A stretch of 56,974 nucleotides of DNA, the filler included, from Sphacelaria rigidula (lineage: Eukaryota), in the NCBI GenBank assembly GCA_964200075.2. It is 6 parts of 6 records of this genome, joined end to end, with 100 filler letters (N's around TTAATTAATTAA, not from the genome) between each part and the next. Parts side by side here need not be neighbours in the genome. Positions count along the whole stretch, not along the records: positions 38,052 to 47,463 come from CAXNAA020008565.1; positions 47,564 to 56,974 come from CAXNAA020008566.1; 4 more parts are not named here. The stretch is one strand, 5' to 3'. Below, piece after piece: positions 37,952 through 50,760 of the stretch. Under the pieces are notes generated by a model. The model worked only from the letters and a program-made list of their open reading frames with translations, ran no database searches and was not told the DNA's origin. Every line of letters begins with the position of its first letter. Within the stretch, counting starts at the first letter, position 1. Both the position numbers and the translations under genes were made by a program.

Positions 37952-38051
37952 NNNNNNNNNNNNNNNNNNNNNNNNNNNNNNNNNNNNNNNNNNNNTTAAT
38001 TAATTAANNNNNNNNNNNNNNNNNNNNNNNNNNNNNNNNNNNNNNNNNNNN
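37952..38051. other. Artificial contig linker
   Basis: N44-TTAATTAATTAA-N44. Confidence 0.97.
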
Positions 38052-38601
38052 CCCCCCCCGCCCCCGCCGGAGTTTTTTTTTTTTTTTCTTCCCCCCCCAC
38101 GCGCCACGCACGTTTTATTTTTTTCCCCCCCCCCCCCCCCCCCCCCCGCGCATTTCTTTTATCGCCTTCCCTTTCACTCCCCTCCATTATATAGTGTAGG
38201 AAAACGCTTCCTTCCATCATATCGGAGTGCAAATATCTCAGCATCAGAGCGCACAATGGTGAAAAAACATCAAATTGCAAAAACGTCGGAGGGATACCAC
38301 ATTTGACGGTGGGGGAAATAATTGTTCGTTAGACTCTGATCCAGGGATATTTGTACCCTGGAGTAGCAAAAAAAGCGTTTTCCGAAACTGTCTATTTTGT
38401 CTCCCGAGTACTGTGTTCTGTCTTTCCCGTACTGACAGTTCCGTTTATCGAGCTCGCTTGATTCCGTGCTTTGACATACTTACCTTCACCACATTCGTAT
38501 TCCGTGACCATCGCTGGATTCATACCGAAGCAGTTCATGTTAACGCGCAGTAATCAACCATTCGAGGGACTCATCGGTGCCCAACTGAACTCACTCGGTT
38601 A

Positions 38602-39060
38602 GACACACTTTTATGGCGACGAATCTCGATTTGTAGAAGTATGAGGATTTCAGCCCGTCTTCAGGCGATTTTCTCCCCTGGATTGGTTTTTCGGACCCCA
38701 GTCCGTTCGGCAATGTTTTTTGGCCAACTGTGAGCAAAAAAGTTCAATTCTCCGATTATCTGTGCAATGACTTTCGATACATCACATTTCTGCCCAAATC
38801 GGGACGCTCCGGCATCTCCCCCGATTTTTTGAAAAAACCGGGGGAGATGCCGGAGTGTCCCGATTTGGGCAAATAGGTGGTAAACCAAAAGTCAACGTCC
38901 AGAGAAACGGAGAATTGATCTGGCTTGTTCACAGCTAGGCGAAAAACACTGCCCAACGGACTGAGGTCCGAAAAATCAATGCACGGGAGAAAATCGCCTG
39001 AAGACGGGCTGAAATCCTTACGTTTGTACAAATCGAGATTCGTTGCCATCAAGGTGGGTC
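38602..39060. mobile_element. Fold-back MITE, ~460 bp, in an HSP60 intron
   Basis: Arms ATGGCGACGAATCTCGATTTGTA...GGATTTCAGCCCGTCTTCAGGCGATTTTCTCCC and its reverse complement; central hairpin GCCCAAATCGGGAC.CTCCGGCATCTCCCC/GGGGAGATGCCGGAG.GTCCCGATTTGGGC. Confidence 0.88.
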
Positions 39061-39146
39061 CTAGTCCAAATATGATGACACATAACAATAACAACAGCGA
39101 CAACAATAGTAGCGACGACAACAACAACAATAGGGACACGAGTCAC

Positions 39147-42100
39147 CTGTTGGCAGAGATGGTGCCCACTTGCGCCACTTCCTCTTTGGTGGAGATGGGC
39201 TTACTGATCTCCGACAGTACCGTCACCACGTGATCCGTGGCCAGCTTGATGCCCTTGCGAAGGTCCATCGGGTTCATACCGGCTGCCACCGCCTACAGCA
39301 CATCCCCAATTCAGGTCAAGGACGTCCAAAACAGTAGAGCGGAAAATGGGAAACACTTGAATAAGCAGTGTGTGTGAGAGAGGGACGAACCAAAAGTGTT
39401 CCCTCATCCTGGACATACAATGACTTGGTTCTTGTGAACAACATGCCCCTCGCGCTGCGCAACATGCGGTACGAATAGGGTCCATTCCCCAGTCCTGCCA
39501 GGAGAGAGAGTCTTCCTGCCCTGCGAAAGCTAGGTCATGGACGATGCTTGGGGCATGAAAGTACGGATCATAGCACGACACAAAGCACCTCTTGCTCCTG
39601 AACACATCTCACAGCCCCTGTCAACTCTCTGGCATGAGGGTGTTTTTTACGGGTGACTCTCAGCAGCGGCCGCGATAAGCGGTTCCCCCAGAGGAGAATA
39701 TACCTGTTGATGAGAGTTGCTGAACGACCGTAGTATCGGGACAAATGAAGGATCACGCTTTTCACCACCCCTTGATATACAAAATACGCTTGCAGTCAAC
39801 GGACGCGATGAAGCATGAACCTCTTGGCGGCGAGAGTAGGTCATCTGTTGACCCGGCATCAGTCACTTGAAAATATTAGCTCCCGAAGGGTTAAACATCC
39901 CGTTAACCCTTAGACCGCGAGGTTAGTCTTGTGTTGAATCGGCATCAATTTCAAATGAAAAAAAGTATGAATGATCCAGAAGGACCAATCTCGCGGTCCA
40001 AGGGTTGACCCTTTGACCGCGAGGGTAGGTCACCTGCTGAATCGGCATCAATTTCATTTGAAAAAAGTGTGCGTGATCCAGATGGACTACCCGCATCGCG
40101 ATCCAAGGTTCAACCCTCCCGTAAAAAGATAAAAATGTTCGGCGCAATCCTGCCCCAAGACTGACCTTGCACCCTTCGCGGAAGATGGCCCGTGTCAATA
40201 CCGTCGCCGTGGTCGTCCCGTCTCCCGCAACGTCGTTCGTCTTCGAAGCAACCTGCCATGACAACAATTACACCGGACCGTGAAAATGACACGCGTTACG
40301 GGAAGAACATGGTGTCATCAATACGAGAAAGTGATGCTTGGGGAAACTCACCTCGACCCTGTCACAACGATGGTAGGTCACCAGTGGAATCTGTATCAAT
40401 TTCACTCGAAAAAAGTTAATGTGATCCAGATAGACTACCCGCATCGCGGTGTGGGACACGGTAAGGATGAATCATCACGACTACGAATGACCAAATCCAC
40501 GATTTCTTCTGCCTGATTGCCCAAAAGGGAGAAAAAAGTTGACCGCTGGTTCAAGGGGTATCCACGCAACTTTTGCGCCATTNNNNNNNNNNGATTGATT
40601 TGTACGATTCGAATCAATTATACCAAAGCCAAGTAATTTCCAGATGAATCATTATTTGTCCGACCCTTGAAGGGTTAACGCGTCTAAGCACGTATTCCGG
40701 CTGGAACGTGCCGGACAGGAGCTGCCAAGTCGATTTTTTTGAAAGGTGGCTATTTCTCCAGAAGATGAACAGTACGGTTTGGGCACATTCACGGTTATGA
40801 CAAATAATGATTCGTCAGGAAATTCCTTGGTTCTAGTATCATAAGTTGACTCGCGATGAATAAATCCTCATGACTCATTTCAGCGTTATAACCCACGTAC
40901 ACGCAGCCCAGACACGTGGAATGGCAATCAGGCAGAAGAAATCGTGAATTTGGTGATTTTGAGTCGTGATGATTTGTCCTAACCGTGGACACATTTGATT
41001 ATACTGGTTGATTGTCGCACATTAGCTCATCCGCTACTAGTCCACCCGTGGTCATCAGATGGACATACGTACCTGAGGTATATACAGAAATAGACAAAGG
41101 TTCAGATGTTTCATCGCCGGTTTGAATCATTAAATCTACGACTTTTGAGGCCTGATCGCTCGGAAAATATTATAAAAGTGGACTGCTGTCCACGAAGGTC
41201 TGTACGCAATTTTTGCGCCATTCCACGTGCCTGGGGTACGCGTGGCTTGGGTGCAACGCTCGAATCGAAGTAAAAGGATTGATTCGTACGGTACGGATCA
41301 ATCACACTGAAATCAAGTAATTTCCAGACGAATCGTTCGTTCATCCAACACTTGATTTACAGACGGCATCTGGGACGTACGTATGTTCTTTCGTATTTCT
41401 CAAGTCATTTTCTATTACACCAAGGCCACATCTTATCAAGACCAAGAGAAGCGGGACAAATGGGCAAGTGTCCAAAAGTAGCATGTTGATTGACCGCTGG
41501 GCGAGTCTATGGTTGCGGCGACCGATCAACATGTTGTTTTTGGCTGCTTCTTCCTTTTCCCGCTTTTTTTTCTTTGGTCTCGACAAGATACGGTCTAGAC
41601 GCTTGACACTTGAAGCTTGATTCTCATGAAAAAGATGCGGTTGCTGGGAAGGTTGCCAAGGATTCCAACCAATCGAGGAGGCTGTATGACTGTTTTTCGC
41701 TGCCAACCTGTACCCGCCATGGAAGAGACGCCTGCTGTACCCTATTTATCTTGTCCGTAAATGCTCGAGACGTCTACAACGCGCTGGGTAGTTTGGGCAT
41801 CGCGTTGGAAATACTGTATGGTGTGGAGCACGGACCGAGCTAACCGGTATGTGGCGGCATGATAAATCTGCGCGTGGGCCTCATGTATCATCAAGCACCT
41901 TCACTCTACGACAGGTAGTTTGCAACGCAGTTGACGAGCCAGGACACCAAAATAACTACTAAAATGGGAGAGGACTCTCAAATGCAGTGTTCATCCACAC
42001 AAAATACGTGGCAGCGGGGTCGGAGAAGCCGGAGCGCTTCACCTCTGTGCTAAATCCGCACGCTCTGCGTCAAGCGCCGTAGGGAGAAAATATGGAAACA

Positions 42101-43813
42101 GGGGCCAAACGAGGTAGATCATGATCCGGACCGTTACTCTAGTGAGTAGTATATAAGTAGCTCATAACGTGTCCGGTGTGTGCAATTTTTGTGGTATATT
42201 ACTGTAAGTTGGGTAAATATACACCTATTTGGGGAGGGGGGGCAATGGGTGTGGGGGCTAACCTTGAGTACTCCTGTCAAAGTTTGGATCACCTGTCGCA
42301 CGAGTTGCGCGCCCATGTTCTGGAACTTGTTCTTGAACTCGATGCTCTTGGCTACGGTCACCCCGTCCTTAGTGATGCGGGGCACTCCGTAGGACTGATC
42401 CAAAATGGCGCTCCGCCCCTTCGGCCCCAATGTCACCTGAAGAGAGTGTGTTTGTAGTTTTGATTCGAAGACATGCGGACGGGTTCGCAAGCCACGGTAC
42501 GAGGCGATACAGGGTAACATCGCACGGGGCGGGACCACGGCATCATTGCAAGAGCAAAAAATAAAAAGAAGGGAGCAAACTACGCGCCAACTGACGAGGT
42601 CGTTGACCCGACTCCTGTTTGTGGGCGGCTGATTTTTTGGTGCCGAAACGATGTTGCCAAGTGGGGCGTTTCTGGCAGCATACAGGTAGGGAGACAGAGA
42701 TTCAGCAAAGATAAAAACCACCCGGAGGTTATGATAGCCGTAGTCCAGCTCGTGTTGGACTGTGGCGTAACCCATTGCCAGCAAAAATGGCGTAGCTTGA
42801 CAGTCCAGCACAGCGATATCGATAGCGCCTCCCGTGGCCGCAGATCCCATCTGCCCCGCTGACTACATTTTCCAGCACATGGAGCACGGTAGCGTGCTAC
42901 AGTACGGTGGAGGTTCTGGCAGCCAAGCAACACATTTCCGTCGTACCCGAAAGATACCACAGCAGCTGGCGTGCCTCACAACCTCAAGTCAGGACTGTCA
43001 ACGTAGTGGCACTATGCAGTTTCACAATCCGTTGGCATTTCCTCGCGTAACCGGATTGTGGAGGCCTGTCCGTCTACGCGCAGGTTGGGGGAAGTTCACC
43101 CAAAGATATCCACGAGTCAGTGGAGTACAGACAATAAGTACAAAATACAGTCGAGTACAACCGTACGGTGGGTGGGTTCTGCGGGTACCAGACGAAACAC
43201 GTCCTCCACACGACAGACAACAATATCAAACGCCACGGTAGCGCTTGACCATTGCCCTGCCTTGATGACACTAATATCTCTTAGATCCATGATTCACCTG
43301 CACAGCATCTGCAAGCTTGTCGACACCCTGCAGCATGAGCTCTCTGCCCTCCACACCAAATTTGACATCTTTGCCAGTTGCCAGCGTGCGCCTAGCGCCC
43401 ACGGCTGCCTGCGCAGCAGTAGTAGCGCGCTTCGCCACACCAGCACTGGCTCTTCTCATGTACATGTTTCCACTGTGAAATATAATCGCTGATGTTGTAC
43501 AGAAGAAGAGGCAATCAGGCAACTGCAAAAAGTGCCTGTACAGCTGGCGGTCACTTCTTGGGTTGGACGGTGCTACTGGGGCTATCACGCTGAGTTCTCG
43601 AAAGAAACTTGACTCGTTTCTTTTTTTACTGTCGCGGGTCAGAGAATCAATATCTAGCCCCCGCAGTCAAGGGAAAATGACAAAGGGACAGGTTGGGTGT
43701 ATAGAACATGACAACGTAGCGATTCGGTTTGATTCGTCGTGATCTAGGGGTTTGGATTTTGGATACCCCGCTCTTCGAATTGGTTGAACAGCAACGGCTA
43801 AACGCGACGCCAT
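39147..43813 (-). CDS. HSP60: Mitochondrial chaperonin 60 (HSP60/cpn60), 5' part; the rest is beyond the contig end
   Basis: Exons 43813-43767 (tentative leader [16 protein letters not shown]), 43472-43298 (…[30 protein letters not shown]), 42436-42293 ([48 protein letters not shown]), 40252-40166 ([29 protein letters not shown]) and 39292-39147 ([23 protein letters not shown]...VGTISAN). Canonical GroEL motifs, GT-AG introns, consistent phases, and an Arg/Ala-rich presequence. Confidence 0.96.
39903..40120. repeat. Tandem ~105-bp TIR-bounded units (AACCCTT.GACCGCGAGG...CTCGCGGTCCAAGGGTT) in an HSP60 intron
   Basis: Two adjacent copies here; further copies at ~40355-40450, ~50985-51083 (reverse) and ~56365-56460 (reverse). 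Confidence 0.75.
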
Positions 43814-44452
43814 GGCTAAAAAAATCCTATGGGTGTACGAGATCGGTAGTTGACCTTTACAGGTAACACTATACCCGCTTCCTTGAAGTTAGACCGGTTT
43901 GTATTTTGCCAACGACTGTGTTGCGAGGTTGGCGATAGAGCTGTCATGGCGCGCAAGCCACCCTGGGATCCAACTGCGCACCGCACCTGCAGACGCGGTC
44001 CGCTAATGAGGAACACGAAATTGAGCCAAGCCCCGCTAAGGTCCAAGTCGTGGGAACGTTTGATGCAGGGGTTGGAATATAGCATTCAACTGAACCTTGT
44101 TTCTAGAGCTAACTTCCTTGTGTTCCTGAACAAGCAAGGATAGGGCTAGCACAGCAGTATTACCGTCTGTAGTGAAGTACAACTGGAGTGCATGTGTCCT
44201 TGATTACCGGCCACGGTCTGCTGGCTCGAGGTTTCACCGACTTCGAATATTTATACAACCAGCACCTACGTCTTATCCCCCTCCCTCCCGCCCCCGCCCC
44301 CCCAATCGCGGGGTTGGCAATAGAAGGACGAGCTATCTTTGAATCCTCAATCATGTTCGTTAGCGGGATTTCTCTAACGAACAAATTACACCCTCTCTCT
44401 GTCCTTGCAGTAGCATCGGTCTGGATTTCGCGAACTACTTGTGGGCACTTAC

Positions 44453-44815
44453 ACCGGTCGCTCCGGTGGCTTAGTTGGTAACCTCGACACCGTTTGACGG
44501 TTGAGTCGTGGGTTCGAATCTCGGGAGCGATCTGGGATTTTCTCTCGCACAATGCCCAACAATGGAGATCGACTATATCGTGGGAACGTGCAATCCGACT
44601 TGATGGTCGACGAGGGAAAGGGACTGCTGAACCGGTCTCGCGATGAAAAAAATATAAAGGCAAGCACAGCAGAAGGAATGTGGAGTACCACAACAAACAA
44701 AAAAGAAGAACTCCTGTGTTGGCCATCCTCCTGTGTGACCGCGGCTGGTACGCCCATATATATATACCGAAATGTGTAGACCGGCGTCCAGAATAGATGG
44801 GACAACAACAACACA
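44453..44815 (+). mobile_element. tRNA-derived SINE (~360 bp)
   Basis: Head CCGGTCGCTCCGGTGGCTTAGTTGG (A box) ... GGGTTCGAATC (B box), non-tRNA body, (ACA)n tail; homologs at 17809, 45908 (reverse) and 50354. Confidence 0.85.
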
Positions 44816-45549
44816 CTTACTATACACCCTCCCGTCGCGAGGTCGCTGACAGCCATCCGAGCGACCATGGTGTGCATTATGTGTCCCCCATTCTGCTCGA
44901 GTTATCGCCGGATTGCTAGATTCGCCGACTCTAACAAATCTAAATCCCGCCGCGAGATGGGCAAAAGCCGGACGAATGACAATCGAAGTCAACATTGCAC
45001 CCACATTTTGCTCGGAGCAGCATCGTCTTGCATTACCAAGTCTAACAGTACACCCCCATCGCGCGGTCGGCGACAGAGGACGAGCAACCGCCAACCTGCG
45101 AATCCAACGGTGCAGTCAGTAGCACCCGCTCTTTGCTCAAGGTAGCACAGGTTTGGACTCTGCGGACCCGAACCTGAAACCTCTTCGCGACTTCGGCAAC
45201 ATTCGGGCGAGCGAACTCGGATGCAACATCATCATTCTGTGCTCGAAACAGCACCGGTTTGATGTTCATACACTGCCGCCTCGCCAGTTTTGTCTAACCG
45301 ATACACCGTGGATTCAGATAGAGCGGAGTAGAGGCTCGAAACCGGACAGATATCACCTCTTTCTCCCAGGAAGAGGAATCTGAGGATGTTAGCAGCATAG
45401 AAGAATTATTTGACGAAGGGAACGTGGTGCGTGAGTGCTGATCCAACTCGCAATGCCAAACTATCAGGAATGAATGGGGAGGGAAGGGGGGGACTGGTTG
45501 ATCCCTTGGAGACCACGGACTCGTCGCGAAGGAGGAAAGGGACTGAAGG

Positions 45550-45908
45550 TGTTGTGTGTGTTGTGTTGTCATCCCATCTATTCTGGACGCCGGTCTACAC
45601 CTTTCGGTATATGTGGACGCATCAGCCGGGGTCACACAGGAGGAAGGTCAACACGGGAGTTTTTCAGTGTTTGTTTTAGTTCTCCACCTTCCTTCTGCGG
45701 TGCTTGCCTTTCTTTTTATCGCGAGAGGGGTTCAGCAGTCCCTTTCTCTTGTCGACCGTCAAGTCGACTTATGTGTACCCACGACATAGTCGCTCTCCAC
45801 TGCTGGGCATTGTGTAAGAAAAAATCCTAGATCGCTCCGAGATTTGAATCCACCACGCAACCGTCGGAAGGGTTCGAGGTTACCAACTGAGCCACCGGGG
45901 CGACCGGC
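45550..45908 (-). mobile_element. tRNA-derived SINE, full-length reverse copy
   Basis: Reverse complement reads GCCGGTCGCCCCGGTGGCTCAGTTGG...GGATTCAAATC...GTGTAGACCGGCGTCCAGAATAGATGGGATGACAACACAACAC. Confidence 0.85.
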
Positions 45909-47024
45909 ATAAGGTATGACGAAAAAATGTGAGTGAACATCCAGAGTGTAAAACAAATAAATGTAGAGTAAAATCAAGTAGACAGAGCCAAGTTAACCCT
46001 TTTGAAACCCTCCCCTCCTGTCCCCGGGCCAAACGCCTCATTATAAGAAGCCCTGACAAGGAGGAAAAGATGGAAGCAGAGAAGGCCGACGGCAATCAAT
46101 TCATAATGAAAGACCGAAGAAGAATCCCGTAGAATACGCGGCGGGTGCATAGGGATGCTACGGTAGAGGTGCACAAATATTTTCTGAGGCTAGAATTGTT
46201 AGGAGCCCTTCATCTCGTGCCAAACACGAGTTATGAAATATGTGAGAGTACGCCAGGATTACTATTCCAATATGCTAGGGATGACCGGAGTAAATTTGCA
46301 AACGGGGGTGCCCTGATCCATATTCTTGTGCATCTAGAATCTTTAGGGGCTCCTGAACCAGACAAGATTTCGCGCAAAAAGTGCACCCCTACCGTAGCAT
46401 TACTCTGCAGGAAAAATGTCCTCCCTGGAGAAGTCGGGTGAGGTTTATCCAATAATACCACGCAACGGATGAAGTGTCCCCAATTGTATCCATCGACAAT
46501 AATCAGCGAAAGCACTATGAAACATTCCTTTAAAAAAATAGCAGTGGGTTCCAGGATCTGGTACGGCAAATCGGTAAATAGGAAACCTTCTTTTAGTTTC
46601 ACTTGTCACTCGCACGGGTCTGAAAAATACGCATTCCGTGAATGTTGTTGCGTAAAAGCTGTGAACCATCAACCATATCTTGCTCAAAAACCGTCAATTG
46701 CAAATGATTAATTTTCGATTGTGAGTTCCAAAAGGGTTAATCGAATGGGGGAGTATAGTCCACTCTTCGATGCCATGCGTGTGGCGAAACCTTGAGAGTC
46801 TTTTCAGCTATTTCCAGCATGGAGCTCTGTCGAGCTCCTTCTTCAGCGCTCAGCCCTGAGCACACTGAGTGCTCCGAACGCTTCTATTCTCTAAAAATGC
46901 TAGTAAAAATGGACTATGACCGCCTGGCCGTGGAGACCTGGGTGCTGCCGCGCCCGAGCAATTCATCTGATTAACACTAGCCAGGTAGAGCCGAAGGTTG
47001 CGGGCCCAGAGATACTGTCTTTTT

Positions 47025-47380
47025 AAGAGCCGATCATCGAAATTGAGGATGGAGCTCTTCATTGAGGATGAGAACCCGGAGGATTAAAATCTTCGTATCC
47101 ACACCAAATCTTCACAAAATGGTTCCATTCCTTCACCTACTGGTAGCTACTGACAAGTACTACACGTCGTCATACAAATTTGGATGTTGATAACAAAAAT
47201 ATTGGGGTCCTACGTGAAAAACCAATATCGGAGAATTTCAGCGATCCGCTCGGAGCACTTAAACTCCCCCCCAAAAAATCCTCACCTAGGACCTCAACAT
47301 TTCGGTTATCGACATCCAAATTTGTATAATCTGTAGTGCCTGCCAAAAACTACCCGTTGGTGAAGGCATGGAACCATTTT
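47025..47380. mobile_element. Related copy of the 2077-2475 fold-back MITE
   Basis: Shares GAGCCGATCATCGAAATTGAGG...CCCGGAGGATTAAA.TCTTCGTATCCAC...TTCCATTCCTTCACC.ACTGGT and internal inverted symmetry. Confidence 0.75.
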
Positions 47381-47463
47381 TAGTTCGAATACGAGCTGGG
47401 CCAGCCTAGAGGCTGCATGAACGTTTGCAGGCGGATGCGCCGGCCAATATTTGGAGTTAGACC

Positions 47464-47563
47464 NNNNNNNNNNNNNNNNNNNNNNNNNNNNNNNNNNNNN
47501 NNNNNNNTTAATTAATTAANNNNNNNNNNNNNNNNNNNNNNNNNNNNNNNNNNNNNNNNNNNN
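47464..47563. other. Artificial contig linker
   Basis: N44-TTAATTAATTAA-N44. Confidence 0.97.
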
Positions 47564-48164
47564 AGGCTGGTTAGAACAGACACAGTGGAAAAATCCACAA
47601 GCAAAATAACCCTTGATTTGTACTGAAAATAAAGTACTAAACCCTGTCGAACCGTCGAAAGATACATGAGGTGCGTATGGTTTTTGTATGCGGGAATCTT
47701 GGCAGTTGACTTGCTTTTTTTTTTGGCGTAAGAGTGGTGTAGTTGGTCGGTCCATTTTCCAGGTATGTAGTGCCCAAAGTCAGGCCCCAATCACCCCCAC
47801 CACAGTACAATGGTAAAGTACTGACAACATTGCAATACAGACGGTGTAATAATACAGGCTGGTTCACGCTTATCGCCCAAAAATGTGTCATTAGCAAATG
47901 CCTTTCGCAATACCTACCCCAATAGTCGCACACATTATATCATACCCGACCGCCATGGACAGCTGAAGAGCATGGCATAGCCGGATTTGTGTGTAAGGCC
48001 ATAGTGGTGCCGCTGAGGGCGAAAAGGTACATCGACCAATCAGCGCCCGTCAAACTGTTCCGAGATCAAAATTACGGATTCCAAGCCCAATTTTCACCCA
48101 ATCTCCACATGCTTCAAATCGTAGTGACCGTCATCGGCTCGGGAATTCAACAAAAAAAACAAGG

Positions 48165-48580
48165 GCAGGTCGAGTAGAGTATACTCATACTCAGTGTTTT
48201 CGAAGAGTCATTTGTACTCAAATTTTGGCTAGAGTATTTTCAAGGTCGTACTCAATCTACTCAAAATTCGAGTAGAGTGTTTAGATCATACTCAAGTGAT
48301 ACTCTACACTCAGGTGTTACTGAGATTGCTTACTCAAAATTTGATTAGAGTATTTGAAGTCGTACTAGATTTACTCAAAATTTGGGTAGAGTATTTGAAG
48401 TCGTACTCGATCGACTCAAAATTTGAGTAGAGTATTTGAGGCCATACTCAACCTACTCAAAACTCTGATTATTTGACATCATACTCAATGTACTCAAACT
48501 TTGATCAGAGTATTTTCGATCCTACTCAATCTGCTCGAACTTTGAGCAGAGTATTTGCGGTCATATCCAATCTACCCGAA
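48165..48580. repeat. Same 41-bp minisatellite family, reverse orientation
   Basis: Repeated GAGTAGAGTATTTGA.G.C.TACTC.A..TACTCAAAATTT units. Confidence 0.85.
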
Positions 48581-48787
48581 AATAAAGGTCCAATATTTTC
48601 ACTGTCGGCTACACAATAAAGTATACTCTCCAGACACCGAAACGCCAAAGCAAAAACATCCCAAAGCTTGTAGAAAAAACTGGATATGATGGGAAGAGAT
48701 GGCCGTCTACCCTCACACGCGAAACACTCCCGCCGACAAGAAGGCTCGCAGGGATTGGTTGGATGGGAAGTCTGCAGGATCCGCTAC

Positions 48788-48989
48788 CTTCGCGGGTAGC
48801 TCTGCTTGTCCGCTCTCCACTCTTGGTTGAGGACACTGGGGCGGCCACTGGTGCAGCAGCCGCCGCCGTAGCAGACACAGATACAAACGGTTCGACAGAA
48901 ACGTCGACCGTTGCAGACATGGATACAGACGTTTCGGCAGAAACGTCGACCGTAGACTCTGTGCTACCGCCTTTCACGAAGCCGAAAGT
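48788..48989 (-). CDS. Possible isolated internal exon (S/T/A/V-rich, with a 14-aa tandem repeat)
   Basis: cttcag|ACTTTC...CGCGAAG|gtagcg gives TFGFVKGGSTESTVDVSAETSVSMSATVDVSVEPFVSVSATAAAAAPVAAP...; no partner exons were found. Confidence 0.3.
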
Positions 48990-49118
48990 CTGAAGGCGGC
49001 TGATGTTGCAGACCGGTGTGTTTCGCAGCAAGTGGCTATGGTGTGTGGAGTGTGTGAAGTGTGATGGGCGGCGGGGTGGTGGGCAGTGGGGTGATGGGCG
49101 GTGGCATGATGTGCTGTT

Positions 49119-49154
<36 letters not shown>

Positions 49155-49664
49155 ACCCCCCACACAACACAACAACCAAACANNNNNNNNNNGTTGCCCC
49201 CCCCCCCCCCCCGATGAAAAAATGAGACAATATATCGACTATATCAATATCCGTTATTGATATTGATACGTCTCGACAAATATCGGCTTGGGAAGCGGCG
49301 ATACCGATACGCCGTATCGACCGATATTATCGAAATCGTATCGAGTATCGATATCCGATTTTCAACACTGCACCATAGGCTGCTCTCGACGATGAGTGTA
49401 CTTTTGGAAACTTGAAAGCTTTTCATGCGTGCGTACCCTCTTCCACTTCCACCTGTGAAACGAGATGGCGGTTTGCTGCATCTACTGGAAACGGTTCAGG
49501 GCCATGTCCACATTCCACATAACATCACACCGTGTCCTATTTAGCAGCGCAAGGGCCGCAACACCCCATGTTCCAGCTCTCACTGTCACCGAGAAGATCA
49601 AAATCGTATCCGCATGCATTCCAGTCATTGTGCTTGCAGTCTACAATAGAGGTCCCACTTACTA

Positions 49665-49746
49665 GAGTCATCTCAAACTCGAGGTTCCTGCTATATTTCA
49701 CAGTAATTTACAAGTATACCGGGAACCTCGAGTTTGAGATACCTCC
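49665..49746. mobile_element. ~80-bp mini-MITE (ATCTCAAACTCGAGG...CCTCGAGTTTGAGAT)
   Basis: Inverted termini; copies at ~176-245, ~1526-1600 and ~1677-1757. Confidence 0.75.
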
Positions 49747-50353
49747 ACCAATCTACTTATCTGGTGTATTTACTTTCCATCGCGGAAATGGAAACGAATA
49801 AATCCACGGGGGACAAGTCATGCACGTTTCCACACCAAGAACAAAGTAAGAGATGTTTTCAAAGTGCATACGGAATATCCCTAACCCCGACGAAGCCATT
49901 CAAGAACCCTCGGGCAAAAGGGGTGCAGGGTTCGCTCGAGGCAACGGGTGCATTGGCAGGCCTCAAATCGGCACCTGCCTCCCCGCTTCATACAAGAACA
50001 CGGTCTGGGCAAAGCTGAAGTAGTAGCATTTGGGACTGTCAGCCCTTCCAAGAATCCAAATACCGGTGTTCAGCTCAGTAGAGAGTACCACTTGATAGTT
50101 ACTTGATTCTAGCGTGGACAAAGCTCCCAAGAATTCGCATTTTTCATGGATGCTGTGCTCTTAGCATGCTTGCCCACAACGCGTTTTTGTCTAAATCGGC
50201 GCCTGGGGCGCCGATTTAAGGTCGGGCAACGCACACTTTGCCTTTGAAACACTTTGAACCCCTCTTGCCCGAGGGTTCTCGATATGCCTTCATTGTGGTG
50301 GACAAAAATCCCAAATATCCGGTAAACTCGTTCAGGTTATGATCGAGCCAACA

Positions 50354-50760
50354 ACCGGTCGCCCCGACGGCTCAGCCAGTAACCCCGAAACCTTCTGAGG
50401 GTTGGGTTGTGGGTTCGAATTTCGGTGAAGTCACACCATCCGGGATTTTATCTCCCACCATGCCCAATAGTGGAGGGTAACCATGCTGTGGGTACGAGTA
50501 CGAAAACATCGATTTCTCGATCGACCGAGGGAAAAGAACCGCTGAACTCCTCTCGCGAGTGACAATTATTAAGCCAAGCGCCGTCACAATAACGCGCCGG
50601 GCAGCAAAGTCTCAGTACCGTCCTTGCACTTGTACGAAACACAACGACGCAATTTGGTTCTATGTCATGTTGTGTGTTCTCAACTCATCTGTTCTGGACG
50701 CCAGTCTACATATTTCGGTGTATGTGAGCACATCAGCCGGGATCACACAAGAGCAAAGGC
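50354..50760 (+). mobile_element. Diverged SINE copy, with an inverted tail fragment at ~50665-50750
   Basis: CCGGTCGCCCCGACGGCTCAG...GGGTTCGAATTTCGG; the downstream TTCTGGACGCCAGTCTACATATTTCGGT matches the reverse strand of the SINE tail. Confidence 0.7.

Noticed and set aside
43926-44143. Head-to-head HSP10 partner of HSP60
   Set aside because: The divergent ORF (MARKPPWDPTAHR...) has no GroES/cpn10 motifs, and no supported gene model could be built.
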